DNA from: Oligoflexus sp.
GTDB taxonomy: Bacteria > Bdellovibrionota_B > Oligoflexia > Oligoflexales > Oligoflexaceae
Length of the DNA: 15,148 nt
Reading direction: 5' to 3'
NCBI GenBank assembly: GCA_041736305.1
Contig: JBGSTX010000157.1
Span: 1-15,148 of the forward strand
The translations under genes and the position numbers were made by a program. Numbering within the stretch: position 1 is the stretch's first letter; each line of letters opens with the position of its first letter. The notes under the pieces were generated by a model, which searched no databases, was not told the origin of the DNA, and was given only the letters and a program-made list of their open reading frames with translations. Below, one piece after another: positions 7,375 to 15,148 of this stretch.

Positions 7375-8042
7375 ACCGCCCGCGGCAGGATTTCGATTTT
7401 GTCCCAAGCGAAGCTGCGAATTTCAATCGGATGAGGATGCTGAGCTACTTGCTGGTGGTGAATCTCAAAGCGAGAACGCTCGGCGATCTGACTACCAAAC
7501 TTAGCCACTGCAAAGCGCCCTGGATCGGCGAGGATGAGCTGAGCCGACTGAGCCGCAGAATGTTTGAGAACGAAACTCTCCAGGGCTCGGTAAGAGCTGG
7601 GATCGTAGAGTATGTCGCTGCCGACGATCAACGAAAAAGGGCCGAGGTCGAGATCGGGGTCGGTGAACGATCCGACGAGAGCTTCTAATGCAGAGGAAAG
7701 ACCGTTGCGCTCGCGATTGGCTTCGAAGAGCCCGACAAAGTCAGGATGATGATCCAAAGCGACGACCTGGGCTCCAGCTTTTGCACAGATCAGACTAGGC
7801 AGTCCGAGGCCACAGCCCAACTCGAGCACGCGCTGCCCAGCAAGTTGATTACGCCTCGTCCACAAATACTGAGCCAGTCCTATCGCCGAAGGCCAAAGGC
7901 AGCCGTAGAGCGGTGGTTCAGGCGCAGCTGCCGCATGCTCCGTAAAATGCCGGTCGAACTCGAGATTAGCATCAGCGAAGACCTGGAGCGAAATCACCAA
8001 ACTGTCGAAGTAAAGAGTATGCCAGGCGAATTCCGTGCTCAT
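7371..8042 (-). CDS. Class I SAM-dependent methyltransferase, family 16 (METTL21/ETFB-KMT-like)
   Basis: YGCLWPSAIGLA, VLELGCGLGLPSL (motif I), ALDHHP, IVGSDILYD (DxxY) and ADPGR. The likely start is ATG 8042 (GAGG upstream) rather than 8144. Its stop overlaps the antiporter stop in TTAA (7371-7374). Confidence 0.88.
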   Translation of the reverse strand: MSTEFAWHTLYFDSLVISLQVFADANLEFDRHFTEHAAAAPEPPLYGCLWPSAIGLAQYLWTRRNQLAGQRVLELGCGLGLPSLICAKAGAQVVALDHHPDFVGLFEANRERNGLSSALEALVGSFTDPDLDLGPFSLIVGSDILYDPSSYRALESFVLKHSAAQSAQLILADPGRFAVAKFGSQIAERSRFEIHHQQVAQHPHPIEIRSFAWDKIEILPRAV

Positions 8043-8361
8043 GAAATTAGAAAAGACCTCGCGGAAGGCAGTGCCTCGGCAAAATTTGCTTGCATTTGGC
8101 AGCTCGCATTCATCTACAAAAAAAAATTGACTTGCTATTATCATTCCACCACAAAAACCGCGCCCTGCCTAGGTCTAAAAGGCTTCGTACCTTTCCTTAG
8201 TTTTCTTTTCCGCTGGTATCGCGTACCATCGCTTGGTCGCTCGGTCACTAGATGTGCTGCTGACTTAGCTTGATCTTTCAACTCCTAACTCTTAAGTTCT
8301 CGAGTCCGTGTTTATCGATAGTTTTTTGAGCAGTTTCTCAGTGGTGATGCGAGGAGGATGT

Positions 8362-9120
8362 ATGAGTTCGGTAACCCTTAGTGTCATTCTCTATGCCGCG
8401 ATCCATTCCGGTCAAAGTTGTGAGAAGGTGTTCGAGGAAACGGCGCGCACAGCGAACCCAGGAACTGTGCTAAAAGCGGAAGAGCCTTATCTCCAAGAAC
8501 TAGCGATCGCTGCTTGTCAAACCAATAATCCGGACATTATCTGGCAAATAGTTCAACAGGAATCCAACTTTCGTTTTCTAATCGTTCGACAGAATGCAGG
8601 AAAACGCGTGTATCGCGGTGAAGAAGCCCTCCAGTATCTCGATAGATTAGCCAAAGGGGAGGCAGATACCAACGTCGACGTTGGAGTCATGCAACTCAAC
8701 TGGACCTACCATAGGGCAGGTTTTAACAATAGTCCAAAACAGATGCTTTTGCCTGCTGAACAGGTCGACTACCTCCTCGACACCTTCGGGGATTTCATCG
8801 TACGCCGCTGTTCGGAGCGATGGATAGGTTGTTATCACAACCCGAGCAACCAACGCTCAGCCAAGCGCTATGAAAAGCTCGTGCAAAAGCGCGGGAAACT
8901 CCTCGCTGCGGAAACGATCGACTTTTTAGAAGAAACGCGCCTTAGCATGAGCGCTGAGCAAAAAGCCGATCTGCCGCCGATTCGTCGGGAGGAGATCCTG
9001 GAAGTTCTCAATCAGACGCGTGAGCGACCTCTTCCAGAGAAAGAATTTTTCAGTCTTGCCCATTTCCTTCAGATGGGACCCGTCAAGATTGCTTATAAAC
9101 AGTCTTATCTTAGCAGTTAG
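8362..9120 (+). CDS. Lytic transglycosylase (SLT domain, VirB1/IagB-like)
   Basis: IVQQES (catalytic Glu), NVDVGVMQLNW and IGCYHN motifs. The strong RBS GAGGAGG at 8351-8357 favours ATG 8362 over GTG 8308. Confidence 0.8.
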   Translation: MSSVTLSVILYAAIHSGQSCEKVFEETARTANPGTVLKAEEPYLQELAIAACQTNNPDIIWQIVQQESNFRFLIVRQNAGKRVYRGEEALQYLDRLAKGEADTNVDVGVMQLNWTYHRAGFNNSPKQMLLPAEQVDYLLDTFGDFIVRRCSERWIGCYHNPSNQRSAKRYEKLVQKRGKLLAAETIDFLEETRLSMSAEQKADLPPIRREEILEVLNQTRERPLPEKEFFSLAHFLQMGPVKIAYKQSYLSS

Positions 9121-9312
9121 CGCTCTCCGAAAGCCTTTGGCCAAGGTCCCTCATAGCCTTCGAGTTCTACGCTAGGCTCAAAAGATTTCTTCAAAAAAAA
9201 TGCTTAGATATGAACTTGCCAAGCGGCGTAAGGTAGGTTACATGCAAAAGGTTTAGACTTCATCACCAAGGCAGCTAAGTAGGTCAGAAGAGTAGGGCCG
9301 GCTCATTCCATT

Positions 9313-9741
9313 GTGGTGATAGGACGGAAATACGGATTGAACTGCGCGACCGACAACAAACCCCTCTCGATTCTGGTCGTAGACGACGAGCCAGTCCTGC
9401 GTGAACTTGTTGCATTTATCCTGCTCGACAAAGGTTTCATGGTCACTGAAGCCGAGAGCGGCAACGCAGCTTTGAGGAAGCTTCAGGATCAGGACTTCGA
9501 TGTAGTCGTAAGCGATATCCGGATGCCTGATGGGAGTGGAATTGACTTACTCCAGAATATAAGTCGTCTCGATAAGGCTAAGCCTTTGGTTTTTTTGGTG
9601 AGCGGCTATTCAGAAGTCACGCCTGAAGAGGCCAAGCTTTTAGGCGCGGCAGATCTCCTCAACAAACCTGTCGATTACGATCTCCTCTGCAAAGCTATCT
9701 GCGATAGCTCGGGTCGTTGCTTGACCCATTCCGAAATGTGA
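9313..9741 (+). CDS. Single-domain (CheY-like) response regulator receiver
   Basis: ILVVDDE, SDIRMPDGSG (phospho-acceptor Asp), VSGY and NKP. No output domain. The start is uncertain (GTG 9313 or TTG 9337). Confidence 0.9.
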   Translation: MVIGRKYGLNCATDNKPLSILVVDDEPVLRELVAFILLDKGFMVTEAESGNAALRKLQDQDFDVVVSDIRMPDGSGIDLLQNISRLDKAKPLVFLVSGYSEVTPEEAKLLGAADLLNKPVDYDLLCKAICDSSGRCLTHSEM

Positions 9742-9805
9742 TTGACCGCTCGGGACCTATGGTCGATAAAGGCCTTCTGATCTTTCCGAACGAGGACAAA
9801 CCCCT

Positions 9806-10714
9806 ATGATCTCGCCTATATTTGATCCGCAGCGCTGGACGGCAGTTAGCGTAGCTGGCTGGTCCTTCGAGGACATTACTTACCACCGGGCCCTGGACCA
9901 GGGGACCGTTCGCATAGCCTTCAATCGACCTGAGGTCCGCAACGCGTTTCGCCCCCAGACCGTCGACGAACTTTATGTAGCTCTCGATCATGCGCGTTGT
10001 TCCCCAGATGTTGGGACGGTTTTATTGAGTGGCAACGGGCCCTCACCCAAAGACGGCGGATGGGCCTTCTGCTCTGGAGGGGATCAGAGGATACGGGGTA
10101 AAGATGGTTATCTCTACGAAGGTGACCCGCAGGACGCTGAGGCGCGACGCACCCCTGCCATGGGGCGGCTGCATATCTTGGAAGTCCAGCGTCTGATTCG
10201 ATTTATGCCAAAAGTGGTAATTGCCGTTGTGCCTGGTTGGGCTGTCGGTGGTGGACATAGTCTGCATGTCACATGCGATTTGACTATTGCGAGTCGACAG
10301 CACGCAATTTTTAAACAAACCGACGCCGATGTAGCTTCTTTTGATGGAGGCTACGGGTCTGCCTACCTTGCTAAAATGGTCGGTCAAAAGCGGGCGCGGG
10401 AAATTTTCTTTCTCGGCGCCAACTACTCCGCCGAAGAAGCTGCGGCTATGGGTATGGTCAATCGCGTGGTAGACCATGAAGAGCTCGAAGTCGCAGCTCT
10501 CGAATGGGCGCGCATCATCAATGCCAAGTCACCAACCGCAATTCGCATGCTTAAATATGCCTTCAATATGAGCGATGATGGACTGGTGGGGCAGCAGCTC
10601 TTTGCTGGTGAAGCGACGCGACTTGCTTACGGTACCGATGAAGCGGAAGAGGGCAGACGGGCCTTTCTCGAAAAACGACCGCAGGATTTTAGCGGATTTT
10701 CGCGGCCTTATTAA
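9806..10714 (+). CDS. menB: 1,4-dihydroxy-2-naphthoyl-CoA synthase (type II)
   Basis: FNRPEVRNAFRP, GNGPSPKDGGWAFCSGGDQRIRG, GGGHSLHV, FKQTDADVASFDGGYGS and AGEATRLAY, closely resembling Mycobacterium MenB. GAGG RBS. Confidence 0.97.
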   Translation: MISPIFDPQRWTAVSVAGWSFEDITYHRALDQGTVRIAFNRPEVRNAFRPQTVDELYVALDHARCSPDVGTVLLSGNGPSPKDGGWAFCSGGDQRIRGKDGYLYEGDPQDAEARRTPAMGRLHILEVQRLIRFMPKVVIAVVPGWAVGGGHSLHVTCDLTIASRQHAIFKQTDADVASFDGGYGSAYLAKMVGQKRAREIFFLGANYSAEEAAAMGMVNRVVDHEELEVAALEWARIINAKSPTAIRMLKYAFNMSDDGLVGQQLFAGEATRLAYGTDEAEEGRRAFLEKRPQDFSGFSRPY

Positions 10715-10731
10715 GGCGGGAAGGGGGAGCT

Positions 10732-11385
10732 ATGCACGCTCTCGATTCACGGGTACTAGAGACGATGCTCGACGATCTCACGCGTCAGGGATGGGCTGCC
10801 AGCCCTCAGCTGCTTATGCAGCCCCTCTGCGAAGCCCTCTATGTCGCGGCTCTGGAGCACAAGGCCGAGGGTGAGTTTCGACCTGCGGGGGTAGGGCAGG
10901 GGGCTCAGAGCCAGAGCAGCATCAGAGGAGACGCTATCCGCTGGCTCAGTCTCGATTCGGCCTGCCCCGCAGAACAGGCTTTTCTCACCGCTATGCACGC
11001 TCTGGTGCGAACCATGAAATCGGCTTTTCTTCTTTCTCTCAATGCCTACGAGGCCCACTTCGCCTGCTACGAAGCCGGACAGTTCTACCGCCGGCATCTC
11101 GATCGTTTTCAAGGCGAGAACAGCCGAGAATTTTCGACGCTCCTTTATCTCAATCCCGACTGGAAAGCGAGCGATGGTGGGGCCCTAGTCATTCATCCCG
11201 ACCAGGTCGATGCGCAGCCGGTGTCTATAGTTCCAGAGCTAGGCACCTTCGTTATCTTCCGCAGCGGGATGCTGCTCCACGAAGTTGAACCGCCCCTGAA
11301 GACGCGATTCTCTATCGCCGGCTGGATGAAAAAAGACGATCCTATGCAAGCTAATTTAAATGGAACTTTGATCCCCGAGAGCTAA
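10732..11385 (+). CDS. 2OG-Fe(II) oxygenase, PHD/EGLN (SM-20)-related, Pseudomonas PPHD-like
   Basis: PAGVG...IRGDAIRWL, FYRRHLDRF (HxD), LYLNPDW...GG.L, HEV (distal His) and RFSIAGW (2OG-binding Arg). GGGAG RBS, 17 bp after menB. Confidence 0.9.
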   Translation: MHALDSRVLETMLDDLTRQGWAASPQLLMQPLCEALYVAALEHKAEGEFRPAGVGQGAQSQSSIRGDAIRWLSLDSACPAEQAFLTAMHALVRTMKSAFLLSLNAYEAHFACYEAGQFYRRHLDRFQGENSREFSTLLYLNPDWKASDGGALVIHPDQVDAQPVSIVPELGTFVIFRSGMLLHEVEPPLKTRFSIAGWMKKDDPMQANLNGTLIPES

Positions 11386-11392
11386 GACCTCT

Positions 11393-12154
11393 TTAGAGGG
11401 ATTCTATGCATGTGAGAGCCGCCTGAATCACCCGCTCCTCGGTCTTGAGGATAGTATCGGGGCTAGGAAACTCCTGACGATTGCGATTGAGTAGAACACC
11501 GAGCACCGCCGCAGCGCTGAGGCCGTAGGCTGCGCACTGCGTGAAGAGAGTTGCAGCTTCCATTTCAAAAGAGAGGACGCGCAGAGCTTTCATTTCCTCA
11601 AAGCGATTGTGCAGCTCTCGATGCACATGGCCTTTGAGAAAGGAATCGCTGCGACCCTGTCCCTGATAGAAGGTATCGCTGGAGGCTGAGATTCCGAGGT
11701 GATAACGAAAGCCATGGCGATCGAGCCCTTGCACCAGCTTCTGGACCAGAGAGAAATCAGCGACCGCTGGAAATTCGATAGGCGCAATGTGTCTTGACGC
11801 TCCATCATAGCGAACGGCAGCCGTCGGGACGATGATGTCCCCTGCTTCGATTGACTCTTGCAAAGCCCCCGTCGTGCCGATACGCAAGAAACGTTTGATG
11901 CCCAGCATCGCCAGTTCTTCGATGCAGATCGTCGTTGAAGGCCCGCCGATACCCGTCGAGCAAACCAAGACCTCTTTGCCCTTGTAGCGACCGCGCATCG
12001 AGCAGAACTCGCGATGATGGGCTAGAGATTTAGCCGACTCGAGATGGCGAGCAATCTTGGGGACGCGGGCGGGATCGCCGGGAACGAGCGCGATATCGAT
12101 TCCTGCTAGCTGGGAAGCTTCGAGCCCAAGATGGAATACACTGGCAATCGTCAC
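11393..12154 (-). CDS. udp: Uridine phosphorylase
   Basis: FHLGL, VPGDPARV, HREF, STGIGGPS, FLRIGTTG, SSDTFYQGQGR, EMEAATL and LLNR. AGGAG RBS before the GTG start. Confidence 0.93.
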   Translation of the reverse strand: MTIASVFHLGLEASQLAGIDIALVPGDPARVPKIARHLESAKSLAHHREFCSMRGRYKGKEVLVCSTGIGGPSTTICIEELAMLGIKRFLRIGTTGALQESIEAGDIIVPTAAVRYDGASRHIAPIEFPAVADFSLVQKLVQGLDRHGFRYHLGISASSDTFYQGQGRSDSFLKGHVHRELHNRFEEMKALRVLSFEMEAATLFTQCAAYGLSAAAVLGVLLNRNRQEFPSPDTILKTEERVIQAALTCIESL

Positions 12155-12180
12155 GGCGAGCTCCTTTGTGAGTCGCTCCT

Positions 12181-12209
12181 ATTATAACGGCTCTCCAGGG
12201 GTCGAACAA
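12181..12209 (-). promoter_or_regulatory. Sigma-70 promoter of udp
   Basis: The minus strand reads TTGTTC-N17-TATAAT, with the -10 box about 27 bp upstream of the start codon. Confidence 0.75.
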
Positions 12210-12214
12210 GAGCT

Positions 12215-12246
12215 AAGACGCTCCCCACAAAGCCTTGCGGGGAGCG
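12215..12246 (-). terminator. Terminator hairpin downstream of clpB
   Basis: The minus strand reads CGCTCCCCGCAA-ggct-TTGTGGGGAGCG-TCTT: a 12-bp stem with one G.U pair that forms only in the minus-strand RNA. The U-tail is weak. Confidence 0.7.
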
Positions 12247-12281
12247 CGCTAGGAGAAAGATTCAGGGAAAGGAAAACGGAG

Positions 12282-14894
12282 TCACACTTGGGAACGCTCT
12301 TCGAAGGCAAGACCTTTGCCATCGAAGGAGACTTCTATCGTATCACCGGGCTTTATTTGGCCGCCGACGATGCGCCGAGCCACCCGGTTTTCGAGTTCTT
12401 TTTGGAGGTAGCGCTTCAGCGGTCGAGCTCCATAGATCGGATCGTAAGCTGAACGAGCTATGAACTCTTTGGCTTCTTCAGAGATATGCAGCTTGATATC
12501 CTGCTCCGTCAAGCGCTTCTGGGTATCGGCAGCGAGTAGTTGGACGATCTGCTTCACCTCGCCGAGCTGCAGGGGTTTAAAGATCACGATGTCATCGATC
12601 CGGTTGAGAAATTCTGGACGAAAGGCAGCGCGCAGTTCACGCTGGACTGCGGCTTCGGCCGCTTCGTTGATTGAGCCGTCAGGTCTGATCCCTTCGATGA
12701 GATGCTGCGATCCAATGTTGCTCGTCATGATGATAACTGTATTCTTGAAGTTCACCCGACGTCCCTGATTGTCGGTGAGATGCCCATCGTCGAGTATCTG
12801 CAGCAAGAGGTTGAATACATCGGAGTGGGCTTTTTCGATTTCATCGAATAGCACCACCGAATAGGGTTTGCGTCGGACCGCTTCCGTCAGCTGTCCTCCC
12901 TGATCGTAGCCGACATAACCTGGAGGCGCTCCGATCAGACGTGAGGTCGAGTGTTTTTCCATATATTCGGACATATCGATCCGAATGAGATTCTCCGCAG
13001 TATCGAAGAGGGTTTCGGACAGCGTCTTTGCCAACTCGGTCTTGCCTACCCCGGTAGGACCGAGAAAAATAAAGGAGCCGATCGGACGCCGCGGATCTTT
13101 GATGTGAGCGCGGGCTCGTATAATAGCAGCGGTAACCGCCTCGACAGCTTGGTCTTGGCCGATGACTCTCTCGTGCAGAATCTTATCGAGATTCATGAGC
13201 TTTTCTCGCTCGCCTTCAACGAGTTTTTCAACGGGGATGCCGGTCCATTGACTGATGACTTGGGCGATCTCGGCCTCGGTTACTTCTTCCCGTAGGAGCG
13301 TCGGCCCCTGGCCGCGGCGCAGTTCGGCTTCGACCTCGTGCAGCTGCCGCTCCATGTCGGGGATAGTACCGTGACGCAGTTGCGCCGCTTTTTCGAGATC
13401 ATAATTGCGCTCGGCCTGCTGCAGAGCGAGGTTCATTTGCTCAATTTCGCGGCGGACGTCCTGCACTTTTTTGATTTTGTTCTTCTCGGCACTGTATTGG
13501 TCTTCGAGAACTTGAGCCTCGTTCTTGAGATCTTGCAGTTCGCGCTGCAGCAGATCGAGACGCTTTTTGCTGGCATCATCCTTCTCTTTTTTGAGAGCAG
13601 CTTCTTCGATCTCGAGACGCATGAGATTTCTGCGCTTTTTATCGAGCTCTTCCGGGACACTATCGATTTCCGTGCGGATCATGGCACTGCATTCATCGAT
13701 CAAATCGATAGCCTTGTCCGGTAAAAAGCGGTCGGTGATATAGCGATCGGATAGCACGGCTGCTGCTACCAGAGCGTTGTCCTTGATGCGGATGCCGTGG
13801 AAGAGCTCGAAACGTTCTTTGATCCCGCGCAGGATCGAGATCGTATCCTCGACGTCGGGCTGATCGACCATAACGGGCTGGAAGCGGCGTTCGAGGGCTG
13901 GATCGCTTTCGATATATTTGCGGTACTCGTCGAGAGTCGTCGCACCGATGCAGTGCAGTTCGCCTCGAGCTAACATAGGCTTGAGCATATTGCCGGCGTC
14001 CATAGAACCTTCGGCCTTGCCGGCACCTACGATCGTGTGAATTTCGTCGATGAAGAGTATGACCTGGCCTTCACCGCCTTTAACTTCCGCCAGTACGGCC
14101 TTAAGGCGCTCCTCGAACTCGCCGCGGAACTTGGCTCCTGCGATGAGCGAGCCCATGTCGAGCGAGAAAATTGATTTATCCTTGAGCCCCTCAGGTACGT
14201 CCCCACGCAATATGCGCTGCGCAAGGCCTTCGGCGATAGCTGTTTTGCCGACGCCGGGTTCGCCGATCAGGACCGGGTTGTTCTTTGATTTTCGACTGAG
14301 AATGCGGATAACGCGGGCGATTTCCTGGTCGCGGCCGATGACGGGATCGAGTTTGCCGAGGCGAGCTGCGGCCACGAGATCTGTTCCATACTGATTGAGC
14401 GCGTCATAGCTGGCTTCAGGATTGGCACTTCGCACGCGCTGATGTCCGCGCAATTCGTTGAGCGCAGCGAGAAATTTCTCTTCGCTGAGGTTAAATTCTT
14501 TCAGCAGACGCCCTGCTGGGGTGCTTTCGCCGGTGCGAATGATTTCGAGAAATACGTGTTCGACTGACACATACTCATCTTTAAATTTTTTTGCCGTGGC
14601 TTCGGCTTTGACGAGCAAAGCGGAGAGCGCTTGGGAAAGGAGAATTTTCTCAGGGTCGAAGCCTGGACCCGAAACCCGCGGCTTACGGGCAATCTCCTGC
14701 TCGGCCAATTGTTGCAGACTCTGGAGAGGCATATCCATTTTCTGGATTAGTTTTGGAATGAGTCCCTGATCCTGATTGAGAAGTGACTGGAGCATATGCT
14801 CAATGTCGACCTGATTCTGACCTTTTGAAATAGCCAAACCCTGAGCCTCTTTGAGGGCTAATTGGGTGCGCTCGGTAAGACGATGAAAGTCCAT
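12282..14894 (-). CDS. clpB: ATP-dependent disaggregase ClpB
   Basis: Clp N-domain repeats, NBD1 ([20 protein letters not shown] pore loop), long coiled-coil middle domain, NBD2 ([18 protein letters not shown]). 870 aa, AGGAG RBS. Confidence 0.98.
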   Translation of the reverse strand: MDFHRLTERTQLALKEAQGLAISKGQNQVDIEHMLQSLLNQDQGLIPKLIQKMDMPLQSLQQLAEQEIARKPRVSGPGFDPEKILLSQALSALLVKAEATAKKFKDEYVSVEHVFLEIIRTGESTPAGRLLKEFNLSEEKFLAALNELRGHQRVRSANPEASYDALNQYGTDLVAAARLGKLDPVIGRDQEIARVIRILSRKSKNNPVLIGEPGVGKTAIAEGLAQRILRGDVPEGLKDKSIFSLDMGSLIAGAKFRGEFEERLKAVLAEVKGGEGQVILFIDEIHTIVGAGKAEGSMDAGNMLKPMLARGELHCIGATTLDEYRKYIESDPALERRFQPVMVDQPDVEDTISILRGIKERFELFHGIRIKDNALVAAAVLSDRYITDRFLPDKAIDLIDECSAMIRTEIDSVPEELDKKRRNLMRLEIEEAALKKEKDDASKKRLDLLQRELQDLKNEAQVLEDQYSAEKNKIKKVQDVRREIEQMNLALQQAERNYDLEKAAQLRHGTIPDMERQLHEVEAELRRGQGPTLLREEVTEAEIAQVISQWTGIPVEKLVEGEREKLMNLDKILHERVIGQDQAVEAVTAAIIRARAHIKDPRRPIGSFIFLGPTGVGKTELAKTLSETLFDTAENLIRIDMSEYMEKHSTSRLIGAPPGYVGYDQGGQLTEAVRRKPYSVVLFDEIEKAHSDVFNLLLQILDDGHLTDNQGRRVNFKNTVIIMTSNIGSQHLIEGIRPDGSINEAAEAAVQRELRAAFRPEFLNRIDDIVIFKPLQLGEVKQIVQLLAADTQKRLTEQDIKLHISEEAKEFIARSAYDPIYGARPLKRYLQKELENRVARRIVGGQIKPGDTIEVSFDGKGLAFEERSQV

Positions 14895-14931
14895 ACTTTG
14901 TGACTCCTGTTTCAGACGACCAACACCCTAA

Positions 14932-14961
14932 AAATGGGTCGCTTTTAGCTAATGTCAAGGG
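14932..14961 (-). promoter_or_regulatory. Sigma-32 (RpoH)-like heat-shock promoter of clpB
   Basis: The minus strand reads CCCTTGAC-N14-ACCCATTT versus consensus CCCTTGAA-N13-15-CCCCATNT, about 40 bp upstream of the clpB ATG. Confidence 0.7.
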
Positions 14962-14978
14962 CCTTAACTGAGCCGCGG

Positions 14979-14996
14979 AAATAGCAGCTGCTATTT
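14979..14996. repeat. Perfect 18-bp palindrome
   Basis: AAATAGCAG|CTGCTATTT with no spacer. Confidence 0.9.
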
Positions 14997-15065
14997 ACTC
15001 CCATTCGCGTAATCTTAAAGCCTAAGTTTGGCCTCACCTACGGCGTCGGCCATAGGCTAAATAAA

Positions 15066-15100
15066 CCTAGCCTTTGCCCTGTACCTAGCCTTAGCCCTGT
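15066..15100. repeat. Tandem duplication with 18-bp period
   Basis: CCTAGCCTTTGCCCTGT-A-CCTAGCCTTAGCCCTGT; 16 of 17 positions identical. Confidence 0.85.
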
Positions 15101-15148
15101 GCGTGATCGTGATCCTGTTCGATGGACTTTGCCTTTCGTCTTAAATCT
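15091..15148 (-). CDS. Possible 3' end of a gene upstream of clpB (partial, unknown product)
   Basis: One minus-strand frame reads ...DLRRKAKSIEQDHDHAQG-TAA(15091-93), followed by a small hairpin (AGGCTA..TAGCCT, 15054-15073). Too short to verify. Confidence 0.3.
   Translation of the reverse strand, partial: DLRRKAKSIEQDHDHAQG

Noticed and set aside
8118..8126. A9 homopolymer (also A8 at 9193-9200) as a phase-variation tract
   Set aside because: Short A-runs in AT-rich intergenic DNA are common and lie outside the likely coding starts.
7431..8273. Plus-strand ORFs of 85 and 175 aa
   Set aside because: They are antisense to the methyltransferase and have no recognisable domain.
8292..8321. 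Sigma-28-like TTAAG...ATCGATAG upstream of the lytic transglycosylase
   Set aside because: The spacer is 2-3 bp too long and the -10 box is degenerate.
12057..14769. Multiple ORFs overlapping udp and clpB
   Set aside because: Shadow ORFs arising from codon bias of the real genes.
14895..15050. CIRCE/HrcA operator upstream of clpB
   Set aside because: There is no TTAGCACTC-N9-GAGTGCTAA match.
15050..15107. Minus-strand TCACGCACAGGGC / ACAGGGCAAA resembling the 5' end of a c-di-GMP-I riboswitch
   Set aside because: There is no GNRA-capped P2, no following GCAAA junction and no P3 receptor. An Rfam RF01051 cmsearch would be decisive; I expect no hit.
1..15148. The whole window as one system (for example a translation-modification, defence or biosynthetic cluster)
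   Set aside because: The genes switch strand repeatedly, have separate promoters and terminators, and belong to unrelated pathways. I see no integrase, transposase, cas gene, repeat array or obvious compositional break.

Overview
A gene-dense bacterial chromosomal segment of about 50% GC, made mostly of unrelated core and accessory genes. I see no mobile element, CRISPR array or RNA gene. The gene content (DUF4360-like secreted protein, small monoheme cytochrome c lipoprotein, orphan VirB1-like lytic transglycosylase, HD-GYP protein) suggests a Bdellovibrionota/Oligoflexia-like or deltaproteobacterial host; this is inference only. Gene order: partial tatD-family nuclease (-, missed by the ORF track), tcdA (-), DUF4360-like protein (+), DUF3025-like protein (+), cytochrome c lipoprotein (+), HD-GYP phosphodiesterase (-), CPA2 antiporter with two RCK_C domains (+), family-16 methyltransferase (-), lytic transglycosylase (+), single-domain response regulator (+), type II menB (+), PPHD-like 2OG-Fe(II) oxygenase (+), udp (-), clpB (-), and possibly the 3' tip of another gene (-). 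I cannot support a large novel multi-gene system. The best leads are regulatory. The convergent cytochrome c and HD-GYP genes each have a sigma-28-like promoter. A sigma-54-like site overlaps one of them on the opposite strand. There is an inverted DnaA-box pair, and a sigma-32-like clpB promoter next to a perfect 18-bp palindrome. The cytochrome also has no Met available as a distal heme ligand.
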